Of a stretch of DNA of 64,000 nucleotides, positions 52,727 to 61,950 are shown one piece after another (positions within the stretch are counted from its first letter, which is position 1; each line of letters opens with the position of its first letter). The stretch lies in the NCBI GenBank assembly GCA_964386355.1, contig CAYLQQ010000003.1, positions 5,880 through 69,879 on the forward strand, read 5' to 3'. The position numbers and the translations under genes were made by a program. The DNA comes from an uncultured Pseudomonadales bacterium (GTDB lineage: Bacteria > Patescibacteriota > Microgenomatia > UBA1400 > UBA1449). A model generated the notes under the pieces. The model saw only the letters and a list, made by a program, of their open reading frames with translations. It was not told the DNA's origin and ran no database searches.

Positions 52727-53710
52727 CTAAAACCCCATTCTTATTTTAACTTCTTGAACAGTTTGCGTGGCTATGAATCTAGCTTTTTCTGCCCCTTCTC
52801 TAATCACTTTGTCTACATATTCCGAGTCTTTCACTAGCTCAAACCTTTTTACCTGAATTGGTTCAAGTTCTTTATACATTGCTAATGCCAGTTCTTTTTT
52901 AACGTCACCATACCGAATACCGGTATTTGTGTACAACTGTTCCAGCTCTTGCCGCCTGTCTTTCCCCATAAACAACTCAATGAACGTGAGAAGGTTAGCC
53001 ACTCCACCAGTTTTTGGCACCTCATCACCTTTGCCTGAATCAGTTGGAATTCTTGCCACCTTACTCTCTATTGCTTTTAGGTCATCAGTAATATTGATAA
53101 AACTACCTTCAACTGACTTGCTCATTTTACCCTCACCCGACAGACTAGGTACATATGAACCTGTAGTTGCAAACCGGACAGGCTCCGGAAAATCTAAACC
53201 ATATTTTTCATTCATCTTGCGGGCAACCTCGCGGGCAACTTCCAGATGTGGCTCCTGGTCCAAGCCAACCGGCACCAAACCGGCTTTGTATACCAGAATA
53301 TCGGCAGCCATGAGAACCGGATAATTTAGCAGAGCCATGGTGACATTATCTGGATGTTGTTTTATCTTGTCTTTAAATGTCGGCAGGTGCTGCATGCGGG
53401 CAATACTCATAACAGATGAAAACAGAAATGCCAGTTCACTGTGCTGGGGTACCATAGACTGCTTACTGATGATTGCCTTCTCAGGATCAAGACCGGCTGC
53501 CAGGTAGTCAATAATAATATCTCGTGATTGTTTGACTAGCGTTTTATGGTCATATGGTGTAGTGATGGTGTGCAGATCCATAACCATATAGATACACTGC
53601 AGATCGCTCCTCTCCTGCAGCTGTAAATATCCCTTAACTGCCCCCAGGTAATTACCAAGGTGTAATCTACCTGTTGCTCTAGTACCGGAAAATACGCGCT
53701 GTATGTTCAT
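52727..53710 (-). CDS. trpS: Tryptophanyl-tRNA synthetase
   Basis: HLGN (HIGH-type), YPVLMAADIL, VPVGLDQ, KMSKS. Confidence 0.95.
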   Translation of the reverse strand: MNIQRVFSGTRATGRLHLGNYLGAVKGYLQLQERSDLQCIYMVMDLHTITTPYDHKTLVKQSRDIIIDYLAAGLDPEKAIISKQSMVPQHSELAFLFSSVMSIARMQHLPTFKDKIKQHPDNVTMALLNYPVLMAADILVYKAGLVPVGLDQEPHLEVAREVARKMNEKYGLDFPEPVRFATTGSYVPSLSGEGKMSKSVEGSFINITDDLKAIESKVARIPTDSGKGDEVPKTGGVANLLTFIELFMGKDRRQELEQLYTNTGIRYGDVKKELALAMYKELEPIQVKRFELVKDSEYVDKVIREGAEKARFIATQTVQEVKIRMGF

Positions 53711-53749
53711 ATAAAGTATTTTATCAGGCAAACATGCTAAAATATAGCT

Positions 53750-54382
53750 GTGAAAAATTCACTTTTTTTAATAACCATTTTCATGGTCATGCTCATTTCC
53801 GGATTTTTTCTGGTACAAAAAATTGGAAAAGTGAATGCCAGTCCCTACGTATCTCAATTTACCAAAGCTGTGACTGATATTGTCACATATCTTGAAAATT
53901 CCCAAAAAACCGCCCCCAGACCCCAGTCACAAAATCCTCAAAGCGTCAAGGAACCACTGCCTCAGGTAACGTTTAAAAACCTACCCACATCAAAGACCAC
54001 CCCCAAAGTTACCAGTCAATCCCGCACCACTGTGAATATTAATGGCAAAACTATCTATGATAGTCAAGATCAAAACGAACAACCAACAGTCAAAAACAAT
54101 AAAACAAATTCCTGTTACCAATTCACTGTCCCCCACCTGGACGGTAGTTCATCCAATCTCTGCTATAACCAGTCAGATTATAACCAGCTTGTATCGCTTT
54201 ACTCCCAATACACCAGCGCTCAAGCCAACTACAAATTCGAGCTTCGCGTGGCCGACATGTATGTGGATTCTGATCATTTTAAACACTTAAGCGATGAGGC
54301 TAAACGTAAAGCACAAGAATGGAAAGATAAGATGGGACAAATTGCTCTGCAGATGTATAATATAGAAAAGAAAGGCTGGTAA
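53750..54382 (+). CDS. Hypothetical membrane-anchored protein
   Basis: N-terminal TM, Pro/Thr/Gln-rich linker, C-terminal domain with 2 Cys. Confidence 0.65.
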   Translation: MKNSLFLITIFMVMLISGFFLVQKIGKVNASPYVSQFTKAVTDIVTYLENSQKTAPRPQSQNPQSVKEPLPQVTFKNLPTSKTTPKVTSQSRTTVNINGKTIYDSQDQNEQPTVKNNKTNSCYQFTVPHLDGSSSNLCYNQSDYNQLVSLYSQYTSAQANYKFELRVADMYVDSDHFKHLSDEAKRKAQEWKDKMGQIALQMYNIEKKGW

Positions 54383-54384
54383 AT

Positions 54385-54822
54385 ATGATTTTTACTCTCA
54401 ACGAATTCTTTATCCTGGCCGGAATACTTTTTATTGCCTCTGAACTGTTTATTGGAATTGAGACTGGTTTTGATTTGGTTATAGTTGGAGCTTCACTAGT
54501 TTTAGGTGGCGGAGCGGGCATACTCACACAAAACCCCTATGTAACCGTCATTGTCAGTACGCTTTTGTTTTCTGCCTACATTTTTTTCGGCCGCTCAACC
54601 ATCAAACGCAAGCTCGTGGTTATGACCCACTCAACAAATATTGATAAACTGATTGGTAAAAAAGGTATGGTTATTAGATCTATTACCCCCAATACGCCTG
54701 GTATGGTTAGAGTAGATGATGAGGATTGGCGGGCAATATCAGATGAAGTTCTCTACGAAAAGGATCAAGTTGAAGTTGAAGTAATATCCGGAGTGTCATT
54801 AAAAGTCACAAAATTAAAGTAG
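54385..54822 (+). CDS. NfeD-family protein
   Basis: N-terminal TMs; LIGKKG.V...GMVRVDDEDWRA; adjacent to SPFH. Confidence 0.88.
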   Translation: MIFTLNEFFILAGILFIASELFIGIETGFDLVIVGASLVLGGGAGILTQNPYVTVIVSTLLFSAYIFFGRSTIKRKLVVMTHSTNIDKLIGKKGMVIRSITPNTPGMVRVDDEDWRAISDEVLYEKDQVEVEVISGVSLKVTKLK

Positions 54823-54878
54823 TCTTAATTACCTTTTCTTCATTGAAAACTGAAAATTGGTAATTGAAAATTAAATCT

Positions 54879-55721
54879 ATGGATTTTACCACCTTCATGC
54901 TCGCTCTAGTTTTCGGTACCGCTCTAATAGCCTTACTTAAGAGTGTCCGAATCGTCAAACAGTACGAAAAGGGCTTGATTGTCAGGCTTGGCCGATATGC
55001 TTCCACTGCAGATTCAGGCATTGTGATTCTGGTCCCTTTTATTGATAGTATTATTACGGTTGATATGCGAGAGCAGGTCATGAACGTCATGCCCCAGCAG
55101 GTCATCACCCAGGATAACGTCGTGGTTACTGTAGATGCGGTCATTTATTACAAAGTTGTTGACCCCGTAAAAGCAGAATTTGAGATCCAGAATTTTAGCT
55201 ACGCAGTAACTACGCTAGCACAAACCAATCTTCGTAACCTTATCGGAGATAAAACGCTTGACGAATCCCTAACCGCCAGAGACAGCATCAACACCAGCTT
55301 ACGTCAGGTTTTGGACGAAGCCACCAATCCATGGGGTGTTAAAATTACCAAAGTAGAGCTACAGAAAATTGACCCTCCGGCAAACATTACTGAAGCCATG
55401 AGCAAACAGATGAAGGCAGAGCGGGAAAAAAGAGCAACTGTTTTGGAAGCCCAGGGACAAAAAGAGGCAGAGATCCTCAAAGCTCAAGGAGATGCCCAAG
55501 CCAGACTTTTACGGGCTGAAGCTGAGGCCAAATCAGTCCAGATGGTAGCAGAAGCTGCCGAGAAAAACTTTACCCCAAGGGCTGCTCAGCTTAAACAGCT
55601 CGATGTCGCCCGTGAGGTTTTGGGTGGAACTTCTACCAAGTTTGTCCTACCGACTAATGGAAGCCTGGTAAGTGTTTTGAATTTGGATGGGAAAGGGGAG
55701 AATTTTATACCCGTAAAGTAA
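54879..55721 (+). CDS. SPFH/stomatin-like protein (QmcA-like)
   Basis: YEKGLIVRLG, QQVITQDNV, WGVKITKVE, QMKAEREKRA. Confidence 0.92.
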   Translation: MDFTTFMLALVFGTALIALLKSVRIVKQYEKGLIVRLGRYASTADSGIVILVPFIDSIITVDMREQVMNVMPQQVITQDNVVVTVDAVIYYKVVDPVKAEFEIQNFSYAVTTLAQTNLRNLIGDKTLDESLTARDSINTSLRQVLDEATNPWGVKITKVELQKIDPPANITEAMSKQMKAEREKRATVLEAQGQKEAEILKAQGDAQARLLRAEAEAKSVQMVAEAAEKNFTPRAAQLKQLDVAREVLGGTSTKFVLPTNGSLVSVLNLDGKGENFIPVK

Positions 55722-55743
55722 GTAATTGGAATTATTAGAATTT

Positions 55744-55773
55744 AAAACGCTCTCAGCAAGAGAGCGTTTTTTT
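55744..55773 (+). terminator. Intrinsic terminator (likely bidirectional)
   Basis: AAAACGCTCTC-agcaa-GAGAGCGTTTTTT. Confidence 0.8.
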
Positions 55774-55798
55774 ATGAGAACATTATTCATTGTTTCTG

Positions 55799-55872
55799 TG
55801 TCAGGGGCGGGACTTGAACCCGCGACCTCAGCGTTATGAATGCTGTGCTCTAACCAGCTGAGCTACCCTGAC
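55799..55872 (-). tRNA. tRNA with CAT anticodon (elongator Met or Ile2)
   Basis: GTCAGGGTAGCTCAGCTGGTTAGAGC-CAGCA-TTCATAA-CGCTG...GGTTCAAGTCC...CCCTGACA. Confidence 0.9.
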
Positions 55873-55974
55873 ATGGAAAAAGAAGCAAGAATAAAGTAGC
55901 AAGTAGTAAGGAAATCAAATTGTTTTTGCATTCTCCCTTAAATCTTACTTCTTAATTCTTGCTTCTTGTCTTTG

Positions 55975-56048
55975 TAGCGGGTCCCCGGTAACGCTCCAGA
56001 GGTTAGGCGAGGTTATGAGCCTCGCGGGATACTTACCCCCCACCCGCT
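55975..56048 (-). tRNA. Divergent tRNA-Met(CAT), probably initiator
   Basis: AGCGGGT/ACCCGCT acceptor stem, GGGG/TCCC D stem, CGAGG-CTCATAA-CCTCG anticodon arm; non-canonical T loop. Confidence 0.7.
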
Positions 56049-56102
56049 ATAACGCTAGCTATCATACCAAAATTTCACCAACAAGGCAAAGCCAATGGTT
56101 AA

Positions 56103-56474
56103 TTACAGAATTAAACGTATCCACTCATGTATCGGTCTGCTCAATTTTTGCTCTTTTTCATCCTTTGGAGAATACTTATAGACAGACTCTTCTTCGTTTT
56201 GCTTGAGTGTTGATGGGATTACCACTAAAACCTCCCCAGGTTTAACCAGTTTTAAATTATTACGTATTTGGCTTTCAATATAATAATCTGATGTCTGCTG
56301 GGTCTTTTCATGGATCAGTCGCTGCTGCTCTTTTTCAAGGGTTTCAACTTTTTTCTGTGCCATATACAGGCGTTTTTGAGAATTAAACATTTGTATCGTA
56401 TTAGTAATTATTGATATAATGAGAAATACGATACACAGCACCAAAAACCATGGGAGTAGCGATTTAGTTTCCAT
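56103..56474 (-). CDS. Septum formation initiator (FtsB/DivIC-like)
   Basis: TM, coiled coil, YIESQIRNNLKLVKPGEVLV. Confidence 0.8.
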   Translation of the reverse strand: METKSLLPWFLVLCIVFLIISIITNTIQMFNSQKRLYMAQKKVETLEKEQQRLIHEKTQQTSDYYIESQIRNNLKLVKPGEVLVVIPSTLKQNEEESVYKYSPKDEKEQKLSRPIHEWIRLIL

Positions 56475-56550
56475 TGACTTTTATCTCTTTCCGAGTTATT
56501 ATAAGCTATTAAATTGTTTGTACATCCTACTGCCAGATAAATTTTAATTT

Positions 56551-57414
56551 ATGCCTATTACGCTAGATAAAAGCCAACAGGATTTTATTTCTTTTCTTAA
56601 AAGCAAGGGTAAGGCACACGCCACTATTTTAGCATATGGGAATGATATCCTCCAATTTACCCAGTATCTAACCGAACATGGCCTTGCAACAATCGACCAG
56701 ATAAGTAGTGAAGATATTGAGGCATTCAAAAAAGATTTGTTAAACAAAAAATACACAACAAAATCCGTTGCCCGAAAACTAAACTCAATCAAAACATATT
56801 TTCGGTATCTTATTACTCAAAACCAGCTCGAAAACAATCCAAGTACAACAGTTGCTCATCCAAAATACACGCTTACACCACCACGAATCCTGACCAAAAT
56901 GGAATACAGAAGTCTTCGCGATGCTTGCAGAAATGATCCCAGAATGTATGCCATTGTTGAGCTGTTTTTGCAAACCGGTATCCGTATTAGTGAGCTTGCC
57001 CGCCTAACCATTGCAGATATTATTGATGGGGATAAGCTTAGGATTGAGGCATATGAATCCCACGAAACCCGCACCATACCCCTAAATAAGCCGGCAAAAA
57101 ATGCCCTCGATACCTGGCTTGATGTTCGCCCAAGAGTAAATAACACATCTCTGTTTATTACCAAAACTGGTAAACAGTTTCAGGTCCGCAATATCCGCAC
57201 AGCGCTTGACCGGTATTTTAGAATTGCGGATATCAAAGGTGCCACCGTCAATGATCTACGGCACACATTTATCGCTCATCAGCTCAAGGCTGGTACTCCA
57301 ATGACTCTGGTTTCCAAATTGGCTGGACACAAACGCCTCTCAACAACCGAAAAGTATCTGGAATTTATCAAAGAAAAACCTCAAATAAACGTAGCTCATC
57401 TGGAAGAGTTGTAA
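56551..57414 (+). CDS. XerC/D-like tyrosine recombinase
   Basis: SAM-like N-domain (TILAY..D, SVARKL), TGIRISEL, NDLRH, LAGH..LSTTEKY. Confidence 0.9.
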   Translation: MPITLDKSQQDFISFLKSKGKAHATILAYGNDILQFTQYLTEHGLATIDQISSEDIEAFKKDLLNKKYTTKSVARKLNSIKTYFRYLITQNQLENNPSTTVAHPKYTLTPPRILTKMEYRSLRDACRNDPRMYAIVELFLQTGIRISELARLTIADIIDGDKLRIEAYESHETRTIPLNKPAKNALDTWLDVRPRVNNTSLFITKTGKQFQVRNIRTALDRYFRIADIKGATVNDLRHTFIAHQLKAGTPMTLVSKLAGHKRLSTTEKYLEFIKEKPQINVAHLEEL

Positions 57415-58412
57415 TTTCCACTTTCAAACAACCATATTTTTCTAGAAACTTGAGGTATTACTTCACGGGCTTCTTGCTCTGCTACACCATCGGTCATAAC
57501 ACATATAGCATATGGATTTTGCCCAAACACAATTCCACAGTCACTCCACACCTGCACCTGCCACCCAATCTTGTGAGACACGGGGATTTCTGACGGGATA
57601 CCCTCTGGTATGAGATCTTCCTCGTATTCTGTATCCCTCAAGGCTGTATAAAATAGATTAATGAGATTGTCTTCAGATAGCACCTGCTTTTGATAGATGT
57701 TTTTTAGAAACGTAACCATATCTTTTGGGGAACTTGTGTTTTTGGGAATGCTGGTTTGTAACAGTTTATAGTTTTGAACTAGTTTTTGAGCTGAACCAAA
57801 TCCAGCCAACCGGTGCATGGCATTGATGGCTGTATTATCACTGTAATGCCCCGCAAACTCGACCAGCTGTCGGTATTTCCACAAGCTATCCAATTTCTGG
57901 TATTGCAACGTACCCGAACCTTCTTCAATATCCCGACTCTCTAATTTATAATCATCATTTAAACTGTATGTGTCATCTTCGATGCGCTGCAAAAAAGCCA
58001 TCATAATTGGGATCTTATTTATTGAGGCCGCAGTAAAACTAAAGTCATAATTGCTGCCATATCCTTTATCTTCTGTCATTGACAAAACATACCAACCATA
58101 GCTGCCTCGCTTATCCATAAACAGATTGTCTATTTCTTGTTGTATCTCTGTTTGGAATTGGGTTCTGGGTTGTGGAGTTGCTTGCTTGGCTGTAAGTGCT
58201 ATCGGTGTTGGTGGTGGTGTATTACTATGTAAGTTATCTGCTTGTATTGAATCTGTTATTACTGGACTAAGCACCTCTTCATTAGAGGGTAAAAATGCAC
58301 GTAAGACAAAAAACAGAAACAAGACCACAAAAACAATTATCGGCCATGGTTTATTGGCAGATCTGTGTCTGCGTAAAGGCGACCTGGTTACTACTCCACC
58401 ATAATCATACAT
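57396..58412 (-). CDS. Class A beta-lactamase-like serine hydrolase (probable cell-wall enzyme)
   Basis: N-terminal TM; AASINK (SxxK), SDNTA (SDN), HKIG (KTG-like). Confidence 0.85.
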   Translation of the reverse strand: MYDYGGVVTRSPLRRHRSANKPWPIIVFVVLFLFFVLRAFLPSNEEVLSPVITDSIQADNLHSNTPPPTPIALTAKQATPQPRTQFQTEIQQEIDNLFMDKRGSYGWYVLSMTEDKGYGSNYDFSFTAASINKIPIMMAFLQRIEDDTYSLNDDYKLESRDIEEGSGTLQYQKLDSLWKYRQLVEFAGHYSDNTAINAMHRLAGFGSAQKLVQNYKLLQTSIPKNTSSPKDMVTFLKNIYQKQVLSEDNLINLFYTALRDTEYEEDLIPEGIPSEIPVSHKIGWQVQVWSDCGIVFGQNPYAICVMTDGVAEQEAREVIPQVSRKIWLFESGNYNSSR

Positions 58413-58482
58413 AAACCATACTATGGGTTTTTAATACTACTGTTACTGTAGGCAACTATACAAAATTTGCAAGCGAAGATAC

Positions 58483-59424
58483 TTATACTTTAAGCAGTTT
58501 TTTTAGCTCCGGCCAGAACAACAATCCGGCTTTGGGTCCGATGTGTTCAACCACCGAAGATGAATTGTAAGCTGCAGTCTCAAGAGCTTTTTCTATCTTT
58601 AAACCATTTATCAATCCAGCCACAAATCCGGAACCAAATGCGTCTCCTGCCCCGGTTACCTCTACAGCTTTTGCAATAATTGCATTTTGATGTATGTGGT
58701 TTTTATCTTTAGTGTACGCATGCGCTCCCTTTTGCCCATCTGTCACCACTACTATTTCCGATCCACAACTATAAAACCAAGCAGCTCTAAGATCACTCTC
58801 TCCTGTAAGTTGCATAGCTTCTTGCTTGTTAACCAGTAAAATCTCAAAATATGGCAAGATCTTCCATAAACGCTCTTTCTCCCTTAGTTCAGAACCGCCT
58901 GGGTTAAAAGCAAGTTTAACCCCCTTATCTTTTGACCACTGTAGTATTTTCTCAAGCAGTGTGAAGTCTCCCCCTAAGCTGGAAATGTATGCCCACCTGC
59001 CATCTAACCTGTCCCAGTCGACCCCCCGCCAAGATAGGTAGTTACTTGCCCCTCTGTGTACCAAGATGGTTCTGTCACCGTCTAGACCAACTAACGCGGT
59101 AGAACTGCTGGTCTTATGTTTTTTGTTGGTCTGTAGATACAGCAAGCTTACTCCCTCCTCTTCAAGTTGCTCTCTGACCATGCGTCCCCAAAAGTCCCTG
59201 CCAACACAGGACACTAAAGCCGATTGTAATCCCATACGCTCAAAACATACTGCCGCGTTGGTGGCTCCCCCGCCGGTAGTAACCACAATGTCTTTAATTT
59301 CAATTTTTTTACCGTACAGCTCGCACAACATTACCCCCTCATTGGTGTGTTTAACCTTAAATTCATCAGAGGTTATATATGTATCGTAAAAAGAGGAGCC
59401 AAAAACAACTACGTCAAAAGGCAT
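58483..59424 (-). CDS. PfkB-family carbohydrate kinase
   Basis: GGGATN.A, VNKQEA, VTDG.KG, TGAGDAFGSG. Confidence 0.9.
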   Translation of the reverse strand: MPFDVVVFGSSFYDTYITSDEFKVKHTNEGVMLCELYGKKIEIKDIVVTTGGGATNAAVCFERMGLQSALVSCVGRDFWGRMVREQLEEEGVSLLYLQTNKKHKTSSSTALVGLDGDRTILVHRGASNYLSWRGVDWDRLDGRWAYISSLGGDFTLLEKILQWSKDKGVKLAFNPGGSELREKERLWKILPYFEILLVNKQEAMQLTGESDLRAAWFYSCGSEIVVVTDGQKGAHAYTKDKNHIHQNAIIAKAVEVTGAGDAFGSGFVAGLINGLKIEKALETAAYNSSSVVEHIGPKAGLLFWPELKKLLKV

Positions 59425-59570
59425 GAGGTTACAAAGGAATGGAAGAATTAAGGAATGGAAGAATTAAAGGAAAAACAATACCCTTTATTCTTAATTCATT
59501 GATTCTTAAATTCCTGATTTCATTATGACAGACAATGAATGGAAGAAGAAGGTGGTTTTTCATCACAGCA

Positions 59571-60488
59571 CTAAGACATGAAACTATCAATTCTTTTAAT
59601 TAGATTATTTTTATCCAAACCATAATATTTTACCAACTCTTCTATGTCCCCAGATCTTCCAAATGTATCATTCATCCCTAATCTTAATACTGGAACAGGA
59701 TACTTTTCAGACAACAACTCACAAATAGCAGAACCTAAGCCTCCAACCACTTGATGATCCTCAACCACCACCACCCTCCCTGTTTTCCTCACTGATTTTA
59801 ATATTATTTTTTCATCAAGGGGTTTTACTTCCACAACATTGACCATTTCAATGTCTCCCATTTCTTGAGCAATTTCCAGACAACTATGTACAAAATATCC
59901 CGAACTGATAATGGTTAGTTTTTCTCCTTTAACCAAAAGTCCACCCACCCCAGAATCATGTGTGGTAATTTGTTCAATTCTTGGCTCTGGGTATTTTCCT
60001 ATCCTTACATACACTGGCCCATGTTGTGCGTACGCACTCGCAGCACAATGCTTGGCTTGGGTAAAACAACATGGCTGAATAATTGATACATTAGGCAAGC
60101 AACGCATTATTGCTAAGTCTTCGAATGCCTCATGAGTAGCTCCATCCGGACCATCGGAAAATCCACAGTGATGACCAATTATTTTGACTGGTAAATTTGA
60201 ATAACATACAGATACTCGTAATTGTTCCCAATTGCGCCCAGGGCTAAATACCGCAAATGAGCTTACAAAGGGAATAAGGCCTTCTTTAGCCAAACCAGCT
60301 GCTACACCCATCATATTCTGCTCAGATACACCACACTCAATGAATTGATCTGGAAAGTCCTGGGCAATTTTGGCTACTCTAGTACTTTTAGATAAATCTG
60401 CTGTCAAAACAATAACATCCCTATGAGCCTTAACCAGGTCATATAGCCCTTCGCCAAACCCATCTCGAGCTGATAACGCGTTAGTCAT
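59571..60488 (-). CDS. Transketolase C-terminal subunit
   Basis: ECGVSEQNM, GPDGATH, VEDH..VGGLG. Confidence 0.92.
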   Translation of the reverse strand: MTNALSARDGFGEGLYDLVKAHRDVIVLTADLSKSTRVAKIAQDFPDQFIECGVSEQNMMGVAAGLAKEGLIPFVSSFAVFSPGRNWEQLRVSVCYSNLPVKIIGHHCGFSDGPDGATHEAFEDLAIMRCLPNVSIIQPCCFTQAKHCAASAYAQHGPVYVRIGKYPEPRIEQITTHDSGVGGLLVKGEKLTIISSGYFVHSCLEIAQEMGDIEMVNVVEVKPLDEKIILKSVRKTGRVVVVEDHQVVGGLGSAICELLSEKYPVPVLRLGMNDTFGRSGDIEELVKYYGLDKNNLIKRIDSFMS

Positions 60489-60494
60489 ACATTT

Positions 60495-61313
60495 TTAATC
60501 TGTTTGTAACTCCTGTAGCGCACATACAACCTCTTCCTTGTTTGGTACCTTACCATGCCACCGATAATCGCCCTCCATAAACAAAACCCCTTTTCCTGGA
60601 ATTGTGTGAGCAATTATTGCGCTTGGTCTTTTTTTTATAGTCAGTGTTTTATAGTACGCGTCCTCAATTTCTTCAAAACTATGCCCATCTATTTCCAATA
60701 CATATAAGCCAAAGCTCTCCAGCTTGGCTTTAAGAGGTTCTAGTGGCATCACAGACTCAGTATTGCCACCAATCTGAATTTTGTTGCGATCCAAAATAAA
60801 AGTAATATTATCCAATTTGTATTTTGAGGCAAACAAGTATGCTTCCCAAATCTGCCCCTCCTGTTGTTCCCCATCTGACATAACACACACCGTGCGCCAT
60901 GATTTGTTTTGAATTTTAGCTGCCAGCGCCATACCCACAGCAAATGATACCCCTTGACCAAGGGGTCCGGACGAATTTTCAACACCCGGGATTGATGATA
61001 TGTGCGGGTGCCCTTGTAAGCCAGAAATTTTGCGTAAACTACGCAATCTCTGCAGTGGAAAATAACCCGATCGAGCAAGCGCGGCATACCATACTGGACA
61101 AATGTGGCCACTTGATAAAATAACCCGATCCCGATCCCCCCAATCTGGCTTATTCGGTTTGTGGTGCAAGAGATTAAAGTATAGAGAAGCAAAAATATCA
61201 GCCATCCCAAGTGACCCAGCGCTATGCCCGGAGCCTGCTTGCTCAAGCATTATAACCACGTCTTGACGCATTACATCAGCTAGTTTTTCAAGCTCTCTAT
61301 GTGTGAGTGGCAT
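60495..61313 (-). CDS. Transketolase N-terminal subunit
   Basis: GSGH..GSL, DRVILSSGH, LQGHP, GPLGQG, SDGE.QEG, TIPGKG. Confidence 0.92.
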   Translation of the reverse strand: MPLTHRELEKLADVMRQDVVIMLEQAGSGHSAGSLGMADIFASLYFNLLHHKPNKPDWGDRDRVILSSGHICPVWYAALARSGYFPLQRLRSLRKISGLQGHPHISSIPGVENSSGPLGQGVSFAVGMALAAKIQNKSWRTVCVMSDGEQQEGQIWEAYLFASKYKLDNITFILDRNKIQIGGNTESVMPLEPLKAKLESFGLYVLEIDGHSFEEIEDAYYKTLTIKKRPSAIIAHTIPGKGVLFMEGDYRWHGKVPNKEEVVCALQELQTD

Positions 61314-61947
61314 AAATCCCATCAGTGTTACTTAGTAAACTATAGTTCTCTTCAGGCTTTTTCCACAAAAATGAATTTACAGCAAGTACATCAGCCCCTG
61401 CCTTAATACACTTGGTGGCGCTCACATCGTCAATTCCTCCATCCACAATAATTTCCGCAGAATATCCGACGATTTGACGCACGGCTTCAATTTTAGGCAA
61501 AACCGCCTCATCAAACTCTTGTCCTGCATACCCAGTTTTTATTGCCATTAACACCACAGCTGAAAGATCCGGTAACATCCAATCATTAATGATAGTAACC
61601 GGTGTATCAATGTCCAGGGCTAACCCCACTTTTTTACCCACATCTTTTGTATTCTCAAAAAATACCTGCATATTGGAAATTCCTTCATATTGTCCAATAA
61701 TCATATCAACTTGATGGATTTTCAGCCGATCCAACCAGGTTTCCGGATATTGCACCATCAGATGAACATCAACTGAAAGATTTGAGGGAAGCTCAGGCCA
61801 CTCCTCTGGAAGCAATGTGTGATTATCTACAAACTTTCCATCAATCACATCAATTTGAATACGGTTACACAGCTCCCGAACCTTGAGCAGTTTTTCATCA
61901 AAATCAAGCAGATTAGATTCTAGAATTGTCGGTGTAACAATTACCAT
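61297..61947 (-). CDS. rpe: Ribulose-phosphate 3-epimerase
   Basis: IQIDVIDG.FV, DVHLMV, LMA..G.AGQ.F, IVDGGI. Confidence 0.9.
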   Translation of the reverse strand: MVIVTPTILESNLLDFDEKLLKVRELCNRIQIDVIDGKFVDNHTLLPEEWPELPSNLSVDVHLMVQYPETWLDRLKIHQVDMIIGQYEGISNMQVFFENTKDVGKKVGLALDIDTPVTIINDWMLPDLSAVVLMAIKTGYAGQEFDEAVLPKIEAVRQIVGYSAEIIVDGGIDDVSATKCIKAGADVLAVNSFLWKKPEENYSLLSNTDGIYATHT

Positions 61948-61950
61948 AAA

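Noticed and set aside
55799-57414. Prophage or integrative element at the tRNA-Met genes
   Set aside because: The flanks are housekeeping genes, with no duplicated tRNA 3' end and no phage genes.
57396-58412. Antibiotic-resistance beta-lactamase
   Set aside because: Membrane-anchored with a linker and no evident class A omega-loop Glu motif; more likely a peptidoglycan-related serine hydrolase.
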